From Octopus vulgaris (lineage: Eukaryota), in NCBI GenBank assembly GCA_951406725.2, contig OX597817.1, forward strand, positions 150,536,001 through 150,600,000: a DNA stretch of 64,000 nucleotides. Direction: 5' to 3'. Positions 36,655 to 49,129 of the stretch are shown here, piece by piece. Made by a program: the position numbers and the translations under genes. The notes beneath the pieces were generated by a model. It did no database searches. It saw nothing but the letters and a program-made list of their open reading frames with translations, and was not told the DNA's origin. How positions within the stretch are numbered: the first letter of the stretch is position 1; each line of letters begins with the position of its first letter.

Positions 36655-39289
36655 ATGCAACCCCAATTTCCTCTGATTCCCCCTTCCCCTTCTCACCCTC
36701 TTAAACTGTTTTTGTTGTTATGTGGTTTGTATTTGCTTGCATTATGTTGTGCATTTATGTGTCTGCACACACACACACACACGCACGTATATATGGAAAG
36801 CAAGGCAAAACAAAACAGGAGAGTTTTTTTTAATATGATATTTAGATGCTGTATCTAAATATATAAACAAACTTTCCTGATGTCTTTTGCTTTGTGTATG
36901 TACTCTGTGACACATACACAACTGTAGATTCCAACCAACTCAGACTGTATGAGTCCTCCCCACCCCCACTTCTCTTTGGATGTACATGAACACACATGGA
37001 GTTCTAATACTGGTTATTTGTCATGTGATTTACATTTAAATCACATTATATTATATAAGGCGGCGAGCTGGCTGAAATGTTAGCACACCGGGTGGAATGC
37101 TTAGTATTTCATCTGTCTTTATGTTATGAGTTCAAATTCCGCCATGGTCGACTTTGCCTTTCATCCTTTCAGGGTCGATAAATTATGCACTAGTTGTGTA
37201 CTAGGGTCGATCTAATCAACTGACCCCCATTAGGGCATCCAATTTTACACCCATCTGTTATTGCCTCAAGAAGAGTAGTGAATAGTAAGGGTCTGAATAC
37301 AGAGCCCTAGTCAACACCTGTCCCTACATTAAATTTTTCATGATAAATCTTTGAATGGTGTTGCAGATTTTTTCCAGTGAAGTTATGTAATATGGAAATG
37401 TGACTTTGAGCTTCTTTTGCAGTTGTCTCATTTCAAGCCCTAAACTGCATCTTCTCCAAATTTACCAAATGTTTTATACTCTCAACCATTTTCAAGACTT
37501 GGTCCATTAGTTTCATGCCAAAGTTTCCTTTCTCTTGCCTTTGTTATAACAGCGAGTAAGGGTATTGCTGCACTAGTTAACATCTACTGGCACTAACAGA
37601 TTAATAAATAAGTAACTATATTATTAGATTCAGTATGTTAGATGTAGGTTATTTTTATACACATTTATAAAGCCAAAAAAGAACAACAACAAAAAAACAC
37701 AGTGTTTGTTTATTTTGTATTTACATGATATAACTAAATATTAAATAAATAAACTTTCTGTTGTATGTACTCTGTGACCTACACAACTGTTGATTTCGAC
37801 GAAATAAAACTCAGACTATAATATGAGCCTTCCTCTCAGTTTCCTGTTAAATGTACAGGAATACTCAGAGTTCTAAAAATTACTTATCACTTTTTTCTGG
37901 TAATCATGCTGATTGTCTATTGATCCCAGTAGTTAATTTGACATGAGTATGATTAAAAACTTGTAACCATAATCTTCAAAACAACTGGTTAATTATTAGC
38001 TAACTATTGCTTAACTGTTAAATCATTGTTCTGGCACAGGATATATTTGAAGATGCTTGAGAAGACCTGGCAAGCCAAGTGAGACCATAACCTTGTGGCC
38101 TAGGCATCCAGCTGTAGAAACTCTGCCAGATCAAGATTGGAGCCTGGTGCAGCCATCTGGTTCACCAGTCCTCAGTCAAATCGTCCAACCCATGCTAGCA
38201 TGGAAAACGGACGTTAAACAATGATGATGATGATGATGATGATGGTGACTATTCTAGAAGTAAAAAGCTTCAAAAAAAAAAAAAATGAAGATTCGAAGTA
38301 TATTTAATGAGAAGTAAATAAAAGGTCACCTTTCCATAAATAAGGTTTTTATGGCTATTTTTTTTTCTGACCCCTATTGAATGACATAATGCATACAGAA
38401 CACAATTGTCCTGTCTCTCTGTCTTTCTTTAGGAATGTAAAGCACAGACTTAGCTCTAAGCTAATGAGAGAACCCCTGCTGGAAATAGCTGTCAAAATCT
38501 TCCTTAAATCATACCATCTTGCATGATGGGGTCCTGTATGCACTATTGCTGAAAAAAGACAAGGTGGTCACACCTGGAATGCCTTTACTCATAGTTCTAC
38601 TTGGCCAATGTTAATCTGGGGTTAAACAACAGCAACATGCCTAGTTTCCTTATGAATTTACTAAGCAGTTACTCATCTTAGTAATATCCATCTGATGATG
38701 TTTTAATTACTTTTATCAGAAATATTGTTGAAGTTGTTGTTCTACTTGCATTATACATGACGGGCTTCTTTCAGTTTCATCATCATCATCATTATCATTT
38801 AACATCTGTGTTCCCTGCTGGCAAGGGCTTGATGGTTCAAGAGGATCTATTGAGCCATAAGACTGCATTGAGCTCCAAAGTCTGCTTTGAAATAGTTTTT
38901 ACAGCTAGATGCCCTTCTTAACACCAACCACTTTACAGAGTGTAACTGGGTGCTTTTTATGTGGCACCAGCACTAGTGAGGTCACCAAGTAATTTGCAAG
39001 GCAAGACCCCTTGACCTTGTGGGAGAGTAGAATTGAAGGAGGTGGCATTGTATCAGGTGTTGGAAGGCTAAAGTATGGTTGAGGGATAAGAACAGTTGCC
39101 TTGCTGTTTGCCTGGGGCTATTGTAGAATTGTAAAAGCTACTTATCCAAGGGGCTGCACTTTGGAAGTGAACCTACAATGCTATGGTTGGGAAGAGGAAG
39201 CAAACATCTTTCCCACAGGGCCATGCTTGTATAAAAACACATGAAATGAATGCATTCGGTTATCACAAGAGACACAAATGGAAACAAAT

Positions 39290-39757
39290 TTCAGTAAAAG
39301 TAGCAATTTCAAAATATATCTGCTAAACTATTCTTATACGTAAAAGCAGTGTTATTGTATGGGGCTGAGACAAATAAGTCAAATAAGCAAATACAATCAT
39401 TCATCAATAGATGCTTGCGTAGTATACTTAAAATTAGATGGCCCGAACACATAAGCAATATGGAGCTATGGCAAAGAACAAATGAAGTTTCGATTAGGGA
39501 GCAAATATTTAAGAAAAAGTGGAAGTGGATTGGTAGCACAATTAGAAAAGACACACTAAATATAGCTAAAAGTGCTTTACAGTGGAAACCGGATGGATAT
39601 AGAAGGAGAGGTAGGCCTAAGAACTCGTGGCATAGATCAACACAAAGGGAACTAGAGAAAGAGGGACATTCATGGCAGAGTATTAGTACAGAAGCCAAAA
39701 ATTATGCAACATGGAATTCAACTATAAGTGGAGGGTTAAAGGCATAAAGAAGAAGGA
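39290..39757 (+). mobile_element. RTE LINE 3' fragment
   Basis: Encodes LLYGAET...FINRCLRSILKIRWPEHISN...KWKWIG...ALQWKPDGYRRRGRPK, followed by a short (AAG)n tail. Confidence 0.88.
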
Positions 39758-41232
39758 ACTATTTTTATAGTTTTACATTCAAATTCATAGCAGAACTAGT
39801 CACCATTATCAACCCCTAGAAATTACTGACTGAAGTTCTGGGAATCATAGGGCCAGTTGCCTGGTTTCTATGCCATATAAATGATTGAGATAACGACATT
39901 CCCCTGGATAGGATGCCATTCTATTGCAGAGTTACTCATTTATAGCCGAGCGAACCGGAACAATGCAAAATGAAGTGTTTTGCTCAAAAACACATACTGC
40001 TCAGTCTGGGAATTGAAACTGCAATCTTATGATTGTGGGTACAACACCCTGACAATTAGGTCATGCATCTTCACTAGTAGAATAGTAGAACTGACTGTTG
40101 GTAAAATAGTAATTCTATATTTCATGACGTCTTTGGAAAACAAAATAAAAATCTATTTTATTGCAGAGAGTCTTCTTGCAAAGACTAAAATTAGGTTAGC
40201 TTTTTAGCTTGTTGACAGCAAATGTTTGTATTTAATTCAAGCCGCAGCATCTCCAGAACATCTTTCCTTCACACACACACACACACACAATTACATCCTG
40301 TAGTCAATTATAGAGAAATTTGTAGGATTCTCCCCCATACACTTCTCTTCCTCTATGAACCTATGCCTGTGACATTTGTGACATTTTAGGGATATTTAAA
40401 CTAATTTAATATTGAACTTGTTTGTAACCTTTACATTTCTAACTATTGTTTTTCATAGATTAAGTGTATTTATAATTCAGTGGTTTTTTTTATAAGTATT
40501 TTGTAAAGTGTTTTATCATTATTGTCTTGGAATATTCACCAGCACCACCATCATCATCATGTAAAGATTGGTTATGTTTTCTGTGCAGCATTTTAAAATC
40601 CTGTCGTATTTAATCCTCCTTGACCTATTTTTTTACTGAGTGATTCTTCTTCATTATTCTGTAGCACATCTTTAACTATCTTCCATCGGTGATTTACCTT
40701 GCTGTACACCTATATATATTACCCTTTGTGTATAAAAATTACCTTCTGAAGCATGTCACTATAGTATGTGCATGAAGTTCACATGAATAAGTAAGAATGG
40801 GGTGTAAGCTAGGCAAAGAACTGATGACAGATAAGTGAAGATGTGCCATGGAATAATAAAGAATTAATACTCAGGAAAAAATTAGGCCAAAGAAGACGAC
40901 ATGTGACTAAGCCACAAGAAAAACAGTAAATAATTATCCACTGGCAAATTAAGAGTTGTTTATATTTAATTACCCCCTGGGTTAACCCATTTGTTACCAT
41001 ATTTCTGTGGAAATGCATTGGTTTTGTTTCAATTAATTTTGAAAGTTATGAAGAATTTTGTAAAATACATTTTGTTATTAAGCCATTGTTGAGATCATAA
41101 AATTATGAAATTTTGATGGAAGATTTTAATTTAGATCACTTTAACGCTTTTGTTACCTTATTTCTGTTAGAATACATTGCCTTTGTTTCAATTAATTTTG
41201 AAAATTATGAAGATCTAAAAGAATAATAGCGA

Positions 41233-42570
41233 AATTATTGTATACAGTGCTCCTGTGCACTACAACTCATCAGAAAATGTAGAACTGGACTTAGATGCCT
41301 TGGCTAGGTTACAGTTTGGGTTTGTTCGGGTATATGGAATCATAGAAGTTGTATCTTTGGTGAGATTCTTAAAGTTTTGAAGTTGTTTTCTGAGATCAAT
41401 CAATGCTACTTTTCATTTATCAGTTTCAGAGAAGGTTTTTGGAAACTCCCATTTTCTGGTTTTGTGTGCATTGAATAGGCTAAGTAATGAAGGAATGGCC
41501 TGTGAGAGTGCTTCAGTCCATATTTGAGATTATTCTAAAAGTGGTTATGTGAGACACTGGATTCAATAAGGAATTTGATGTCCCTAAATTTTGTCCTAAG
41601 CAATTTATGCTTGAATGTATTTTTATTGATTCTTTTATTTTCATTAGTGTCAAGCTTTTCATGACATTTAGAATTCTAGCTCATGTGAAGCAATGTTTTC
41701 TGTAAATGGTCGTGTTTACTTTGCATTCAATTTTGTCATCATGTAAAGAGTAAGGGCAGGACTTTCACTATTAAAGACCAAGACAGATATTTTAATGTGT
41801 CAGTTTAGTTGATAGCATGAACAACCATGGACCGACTAACATGTCTCTGCTGTTAAGTGATGTAATAATTAATATTGATTTCAAATTTTGGCACAAGGTC
41901 AGCAATTTCAGAATTGGTATGGGGTAAGTTGATTACATCACCTCCCCAGAGTTCAACTGGTACTTATTTTATTGACCCTGGAAAGCTGAAAAGCATAGTT
42001 GACCTCAGTGGAATTTGAACTCAGAACATAAAGCTGGACAAAATGTCGAGTGTGCTAACAATTCTGCCAGCTTACCACCTTAGTGATGTAATTAATATTA
42101 GAAATAGTTATAGTCAAAGTATTATTGCTAAGAATTAGGTGGAAACATTTAGCAGGTTGTTACCTGTGTTGGTGTCAAAAAGTTTCTCTAACTGTAAAGG
42201 TCATATATCGTATGAAGCGTGTTTATGTTTAATGCTCAGTAGTAGAAAAATATCAGTGATGAGTGTTTGATGCATGCAAACATTGAAAAGTGAACATTAA
42301 AACAGTGATGACACGTGCAGAAGATTTATATGACTTGAGATGAAGAAGGTGCATCAAGCGAATCAAAGAAAGTTGGTAAAAAAAGGGTGGGGGGTGAGTT
42401 TCAGAGATTTTGACTTATGTATTTAAGTGAGATATTTGAATTAGTATTGATAAGTGTTGGGAGTTTATTGTAGAAGGTATCTATTGGAAATCTTGGAAGT
42501 AAAGGATAGGTCTGACCTGAGACTACTGGGATTCACTAAAGAGCTACTGCGAGATCTAGATAACTAAATG
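41233..42570 (-). mobile_element. Highly decayed CR1-like LINE
   Basis: CR1-type 3' end (GTTGTAGTGCACAGGAGCACTGTATACAATAATT) at 41233-41268, with degenerate RT-like stretches upstream. The 5' limit is uncertain. Confidence 0.45.
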
Positions 42571-42579
42571 TATATGTAT

Positions 42580-42973
42580 TACTCTTTACTCTTTTACTTG
42601 TTTCAGTCATTTGACTGTGGCCATGCTGGAGCACCGCCTTTAGTGAAGCAAATCGACCCCAGGACTTATTCTTTGTAAGCCTAGTACTTATTCTATTGGT
42701 CTCTTTTGCCGAACCGCTAAGTTATGGGGATGTAAACACACTACCATCGGTTGTCAAGCAATATTGGAGGGACAAACACAGACACACACACACACATATA
42801 TGTATATATATATATACGATAGGCTTCTTTCAGTTTCCATCTACCAGATCCACTTACAAGGCTTTGGTCGGTCCGAGGCTATCGTAGAAGACACTTGCCC
42901 AAGGTGCCACTAGTGGGACTGAACCTGGAACCATGTGGTTGGTTAGCAAGCTACTTACCTCACAGCCACTCCT
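42580..42973 (-). mobile_element. SINE family A copy just upstream of PYCR exon 2
   Basis: Full-length reverse-complement match. Confidence 0.9.
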
Positions 42974-43096
42974 AGATGTTAAAATAACAAGGGCTTTATA
43001 GAATTTTATGTTGAACATTTTTAAATAAAGAAAGTGATGTAAAATTTAGTCAGGGTTTCAGTACATTTCAATATTCACTTTTTCTACCCCAAACAG

Positions 43097-43161
43097 GTAT
43101 TGTTCAACCTTCAAATATTTGGGCCAGTGATCCAGACCCATCAATGTTGAAATTTATACAG
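43097..43161 (+). CDS. PYCR: PYCR coding exon 2
   Basis: aaacag acceptor and CAG|gtaagt donor. Encodes (G)IVQPSNIWASDPDPSMLKFIQ. Phase 1/0 fits, and the I.AS.P motif matches P5CR. Confidence 0.92.
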
Positions 43162-43199
43162 GTAAGTTTGAAATAAAATCAATTCAGACATTACTTTAA

Positions 43200-43556
43200 C
43201 TAGCAGTATCGCCCAGCGTTGCTCGGGTTTGTTTCGACCCTTTAGAATTTGAATTTTTGAAAAGTTATTCTCTTTAAGTGAACATTTTTCTGGTTGAAAT
43301 ACACCGAAAAATGGCGACACAGCAGTCAAAAAATCGTAAAACGTAGGGATTTTCACAGAAAAAAAGCACCTATTTGATATAAATAATTTTTGGTGTTAAC
43401 ATGGTCCGATTTGAATTTTATCTTCTACAGAATGAAGAGCAAGCCTTCTTTCTATCATACTCTCAATTTTGGTCAACTTGCGCTGCAGGGTCTTGGAGGA
43501 GATAGTGTTAGTTGAAGGCTACCAAACAGACAACTTCAGCTTTATATATATAGAGA
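43200..43556 (-). mobile_element. Non-autonomous Helitron 38 bp downstream of the PYCR exon 2 donor
   Basis: A|TCTCTATATATATAAAG start and CCCGAGCAACGCTGGGCG...CTAG|T end. Same termini as 14496-14890 but a different interior. Confidence 0.85.
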
Positions 43557-43743
43557 TGTAGCAAAATGGATAATGCTATGCTAGCTAGTAACTGAAATGT
43601 CTATTGATTTCAGACAGTTGGTCTAATCTCAGCTTTAATAACTGAAAAACTTTGCCTGTCTCAGAAACTGTCACAGAACCATCTGAATGAATGAGTGGGA
43701 AGAGCATCTAGCCACAGAAGATCTGTTTCTATAAATTCTGCCC

Positions 43744-44981
43744 GACCCATGCAAGCATGGGAAACTAGACCAATCAAAGTATGGGAAACTGGACCCTTCC
43801 AAGCATGGGAAACTGGACCCTTGCAAGCATGGGAAACTGGACACTTGCAAGCATGGGAAACTGGACCCTTGCAAGCATGGGAAACTGAACACTTGCAAGC
43901 ATGGGAAACTGGACCCTTGCAAGCATGGGAAACTGGACCCTTGCAAGTATGGGGAACTGAACACTTGCAATCATGGGAAACTAGACCCTTGCAAGCATGG
44001 GAAACTGGACCCTTCCAAGCATGGAAAACTGGACCCTTACAAGCTTGGGAAACTGGACACTTGCAAGCATGGAAAACTGGACCCTTACAAGCTTGGGAAA
44101 CTGGACCCTTCCAAGCATTGGAAACTGGACCCTTGCAAGCATGGGAAACTGGACCCATCCAAGCATGGGAAACTGGACCCATCCAAGCATGGGAAACTGG
44201 ACCCTTTCAAGCATGGTAAACTGGACACTTCAAGCATGGGAAACTGGACACTTCCAAGCATGGGAAACTGGACCCTTGCAAGCTTGGGAAACTGGACACT
44301 TGCAAGCATTGGAAACTCGACCCTTGCAAGCATGGGAAACTGGACCCTTGCAAGCTTGGGATACTGGACCCTTCCAAGCATTGGAAACTGGACACTTCCA
44401 AGCATGGGAAACTAGACCCTTGCAAGCTTGGGAAACTGGACACTTGCAAGCATTGGAAACTCGACCCTTGCAAGCATGGGAAACTGGACACTTGCAAGCA
44501 TGGGAAACTTGACCCTTCCAAGCATGGGAAACTGGACCCTTGCAAGCTTGGGATACTGGACCCTTCCAAGCATTGGAAACTGGACCCTTGCAAGCATGGG
44601 AATCTGGACCCTTGCAAGCATGGGAAACTGGACCCTTGCAAGTATGGGAAACTGAACACTTCCAAGCATGGGAAACTGGACCCTTCCAAGCATGGGAAAC
44701 TGGACCCTTCCAAGCATGGAAAACTGGACCCTTTCAAGCTTGGGAAACTGGACACTTGCAAGCATGGAAAACTGGACCCTTCCAAGCATTGGAAACTGGA
44801 CCCTGCAAGCATGGGAAACCAGACCCATCCAAGCATGGGAAACTGGATGCTTGCAAGCATGGGAAACTGGACACTTGCAAGCATGGGAAATTGGATACTT
44901 GCAAGCATTGGAATCTGGCCCCTTCCAAGCATGGGAAACTGGACCCTTGCAAGTATGGGGAACTGAACACTTGCAATCATG
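43744..44981 (+). repeat. 24-bp minisatellite, about 50 units
   Basis: Consensus GACCCTTGCAAGCATGGGAAACTG. Accounts for the QAWETGPL / KGPVSHAC repeat ORFs. Confidence 0.97.
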
Positions 44982-45515
44982 TGTCCAGTTTCCCAAGCCA
45001 TTTAAGGATCCAGTTTCAAAAACCATGCTTGGATTCACTGTCAACAGTTTCCCATGCTTGGAATTTGTCCAGTTTCCCCATCGCTTTCAGACTGGACCAG
45101 TATTCCTGACATACTTGAATGGGTCAGTTTCCCATGCTTGGAAGGGTCAGTTTCCCATGCTTGCTGGAGAGTGTCCAATTTCCAAAGGACCTGCTTGGAA
45201 GGGTCCAGTTTCCCAAGCTTGGCCCAGGGTCCAGTTTCCATGCTAGCAAGTGTCAGTTTCCCATGCTTCGAGGGTCCAGTTTCCCATGCTTGAAGGGTCC
45301 AGTTTCCAATGCTCTGTCACGCTGTCCAGTTTCCCAAGCTTGTATGGGATCCAGTTTCCTCTTGGAAGTGTTCAGTTTCCTCAAAGACATAGGGTCCAGT
45401 TTCCCATCTCGAAAGAGTCCAGAAGCTGGCTACCCGCATGCTTCAAGTGTCCAGTTTCCCATGCTGAGGACACTCGACCTTTAGTTCTCCAGCTTGAATG
45501 GGTCTCAGTTTCCCA
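44982..45515 (-). repeat. Inverted, indel-rich continuation of the 24-bp minisatellite (about 20 units)
   Basis: GTCCAGTTTCCCATGCTTG units, the reverse complement of the upstream array. Confidence 0.9.
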
Positions 45516-45519
45516 CAAC

Positions 45520-45835
45520 CTCTCGAGTGTAACCTCTCGAAAGAGCTGTTCTTCACTCCTGCTCCAGAGCGTCGGCTGCGGGGTCATTCCGAAAAGCTCT
45601 ACCTGCGACGATTTCATCTCAATCGAAGGAGAGGAGCTTTCTCCGTCCAGGTTGCGGATCCGTGGAACAAGCTGCCAGATGAGATGGTGAAGATGCCGAC
45701 GACCGCTTTGTTCAAAGCCTCCCTGGACCTCAAGTGGCCTGAACTCTTTACATGAACACCACCCTGTTCTTAACTCCATGTCCCCCTACATGGCCTTGCT
45801 ATTTGCTTTTGAGCCAAATTAACTAACTAACTAAC
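45520..45835 (+). mobile_element. CR1 LINE 3' fragment, second family, (TAAC)n tail
   Basis: Encodes ...ELFFTPAPERRLRGHSEKL...AFSVQVADPWNKLP...FKASLDLKWPELFT*, followed by a short UTR and TAACTAACTAAC. Confidence 0.88.
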
Positions 45836-45907
45836 ATCAGTGAACGCGGTCTCAAAGCGATGAAAATATTTTTGCAAATTAAATTTAAATGTTGAAGTGA
45901 ATCTAAC

Positions 45908-46125
45908 GCCACCCCGCTGGCTAAGCGAGCAGGTCAACAGAAGAAAGAGTGAGAGAAAATTGTAGTGAAAGAGTACAGCAGGGATCGTCATCCACCCGTT
46001 GCCGGAGCCTGTGGAGCTTTAGCTGTTTTTGCTCAATAAACCCTCACAATGCCCGGTCTGGGAATCGAAACTGCAATCCTACAACCGTGAGTCCGCTGCC
46101 CTAACCACTGGGTCATTGCACCTCC
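45908..46125 (-). mobile_element. tRNA-derived SINE family D
   Basis: Minus-strand head GGAGGTGCAATGACCCAGTGGTTAGGGCAGCGGACTC...GTTTCGATTCCCAGACC. Other copies: about 15670-15866, 47225-47505 and 48555-48860. Confidence 0.8.
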
Positions 46126-48434
46126 GCACACACACACACACACACATATATATATGCACACAGTTTCAGTCTATTATATTCACTCACAAGACATTGGTTG
46201 CTGAAGGATTGATCTGCATGGTACTTTGTGCAAGAAGACACTTGCCCAAGGTGCTATGCTGTGTGGTGGAACTGAACTTGAAACTGCATGCTTGCAAAGT
46301 GAACTGTTAATCATGCAGCCATGCCTGTGCTCATAGTGTAAATCCACTTCTGGTTTAATTAACAACAGTGACTGGCCAATCAAGAATTTACTTAACACCT
46401 CAGTCCATCTAGTTGTAAAGAGGTACCATGATTGTAAGCAAAGTGCAGCAGTGTAAAACTACTGTCCTGAGTTCAGTTCTTCCTGTGTGTCTAAAAGAGG
46501 TCGTGGGACCCTATGATTTCGTCCTTATACCATGTTAGTAGGCATCATATCTGACCTGACATAATCGTTGTTATTGTTTTATTCACCCAAATAAACTCTT
46601 ACCAGGCAAACCTAAGAACAAAGACATTCCATCTGTGACCATCCTGCTTTTTCTTTTTCTCTTCTTTTTTTCTGCAGGCAGAGTGAAGGTGCATGGCTTA
46701 GTGGTTAGGATGTTGCATTCATGATCTCAAGGTTGTGAGTTTGATTCCTGGACTGGGTGGAGCATTGTGTTCTTATTTTTTTATTGCCCACAAAGGGCTA
46801 AACATAAAGGGGACAAACAAGGACAGACAAAGGGATTAAGTCGATTATATCGACCCCAGTGCGTAACTGGTACTTTATTTATCGACCCCGAAAGGATGAA
46901 AGGCAAAGTCGACCTCGGTGGAATTTGAACTCAGAACGTAACGGCAGACAAGATACCACTAAGCATTTTGCCCGGCGTGCTAACATTTCTGCCAGTTTGC
47001 TGCCTTTGAGCATTGTATTCTTGAGCAAAACACTTTATTTCACATTGCTTCAGTCCACTCAGCTGTAAATGAATTGTAATCTTGCAATGGGCTGGTGACC
47101 TCAGTGGGGAATGTTGTAATTTTGGTTACTTAGATGCCAGCTCTTTGAGTCCTGGGACTTAAGACTGTAAGGTGCAGGAGTTGATGGTGATGATGATGAT
47201 AGTGTATACATAACAACATTGTCTGTTGTTTGTTCCTTCTCGAGCCATGCCTGGCTCATAAGGGCCGGTTTCCCGGTTACCTTGGCGTATAGGTTCCCCA
47301 CCTGGATGGAACGCCGGTCCATCGCAGGTGAGCTGCAAGATGCAGGAGGAAAGAGTCAGCAGAAGTTAGCTATTACCTTCTGCCGGAGTCATGTGGATCT
47401 TAGGTGTTTTGCTCATAAACACACACATCACCTTGTCTGAGATGCGAACCCACTATTCCTTGACTGCGAGTCCGCTGCTCTATCCACTAGGCCATGTGCC
47501 TCCACAACAACATTGTCTGATATGTTCTAAGTTGGCAGGGTATAATTTGATAGAGATTTAGTTGCTATTTCCTGCTGGTTGAATGACCACATAGAGGTTC
47601 ATAGAGGATAGGAGAGGTTTTAGCTTTAATACTGGCTAACAACGGTTATGCAGGGGCAATAATGAACTCAGTGCCTAACAGTGTTACATTTTTCTCCTAT
47701 GTTTGAAGTTCAAATTCTTTTCAGGGCTTGATAAAATAAATATCAATCATTTACTGAGGTTAATTCAATTGACAATACCATTCCTCTTTAAATTTGTAAC
47801 ATATTACCAATAGCAGAAACCATTGAAAACAACCATTATTCTTATATTATTTAAGATCATTACTTGTGTGTGTATGTATGTGTGTGTGTGTGTGGAAATT
47901 TCCATAGTAGATTCTGGATTCCATTTATCACTGTACAATGAAAAGAATGATGTCACCCTAACAAAACAGCTGATTAGATAAGCTCTTTTACATTGTCATG
48001 AATTCCAACTTTCTAATCCTCTGCCACATTTATTTGCATTATCTCGTTGTCATCTGTTTCCGGACAGCATGTGTATTAGCTATTGTTTTCTTTTAAACTC
48101 TTTATAATATTATATCAATTGACCTCTGGACTATTACCCCTAGGATTCTTTTAATAAGAACCCAATTTGGATTGTTTAGGGGATGAACACAGTCTTAGTA
48201 TCATTTAAAAAGTTGACACTTGAAAATGCTATCAAAATATCCTCATAAGTCACTGCTTTTGTTATAATGTCTTTTATCTCTCTCTTCCCCCACTCCCTTG
48301 TCCCCTTCTAACTATGGCCTATCCTCATCACAAGGTTTGTCAAAGACCTAGTCTGACTTTAAAAACAAAACTTGACATATACAAAGCTGTTGTGGTGGCT
48401 ACACTACATTATGGTTGTGAAACTTGTACAGTCA

Positions 48435-48856
48435 TAGACGTAGGAGTGGCTGTGTGGTAAGGAGCTTGCTTCCCAACCACATGGTTCTGGGTTCAGTCCC
48501 ACTGCATGACACCTCTGAAAGAAGCCTGTCATATATATATATAAAATGATAAACGTCGCCCTTTTCAAGCCTAGCCAGGCTCATGGGTCTGGTTTCCTGG
48601 TTTCTGTGATGTATGTGTTCTCCACCCCAGCTGGAAAGGATGCCAGTCCATCGCAGTGTTGCTCAAGAAACAGGAAGAGAGAGTGAGAGAAAGTTGTGGC
48701 AAAAGAGTACAACAGAGGCACCACCACCCCCTGCCGGAGCCTCGTGGAGCTTTTAGGTGTTTTCACTCAATAAACACATAAACGCTCGATCTGGGAATCA
48801 AAACTACGATCCTCCGACCACGAGTCCACTACCCTAACCACTGGGCCATTGCACCT

Positions 48857-48892
<36 letters not shown>

Positions 48893-49120
48893 GTATGTAT
48901 GAACATGTACATATTTGGGTGTCTGTATTTGTCCCCCCCCCCACCATTGCTTGACAACCAATGTTGGTGTGTATATGTCCCTGTAACTTAGCAGTTTGAC
49001 AAAAGAAACCAATAGAATAAGTACTAGGCTTAGAAAGAAAATGCCTTGGAGTCAATTTGCTTGACTAATGGCAGTGCTCCAGCATGGCTGTAGTCAAATG
49101 ACTGAAACTAGTAAAAGAAT
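48435..49120 (+). mobile_element. SINE family A copy with a nested minus-strand tRNA-SINE (about 48555-48860)
   Basis: The family A head and tail flank a family D element inserted in the (TA)n tract. Confidence 0.8.
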
Positions 49121-49129
49121 AATAAAAGA

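Noticed and set aside
42255-42320. Two GTGATGA C-box-like motifs suggesting an intronic snoRNA
   Set aside because: There is no suitably placed D box or terminal stem, and the motifs lie within a probable decayed LINE.
43661-45484. Many overlapping 100-260 aa repeat ORFs (QAWETGPL, KGPVSHAC, RVQFPMLA) or a CRISPR-like array
   Set aside because: A stop-free 24-bp unit opens several frames on both strands, and 1-bp deletions shift them. The units are tandem with no unique spacers, the context is a eukaryotic intron, and there are no cas genes.
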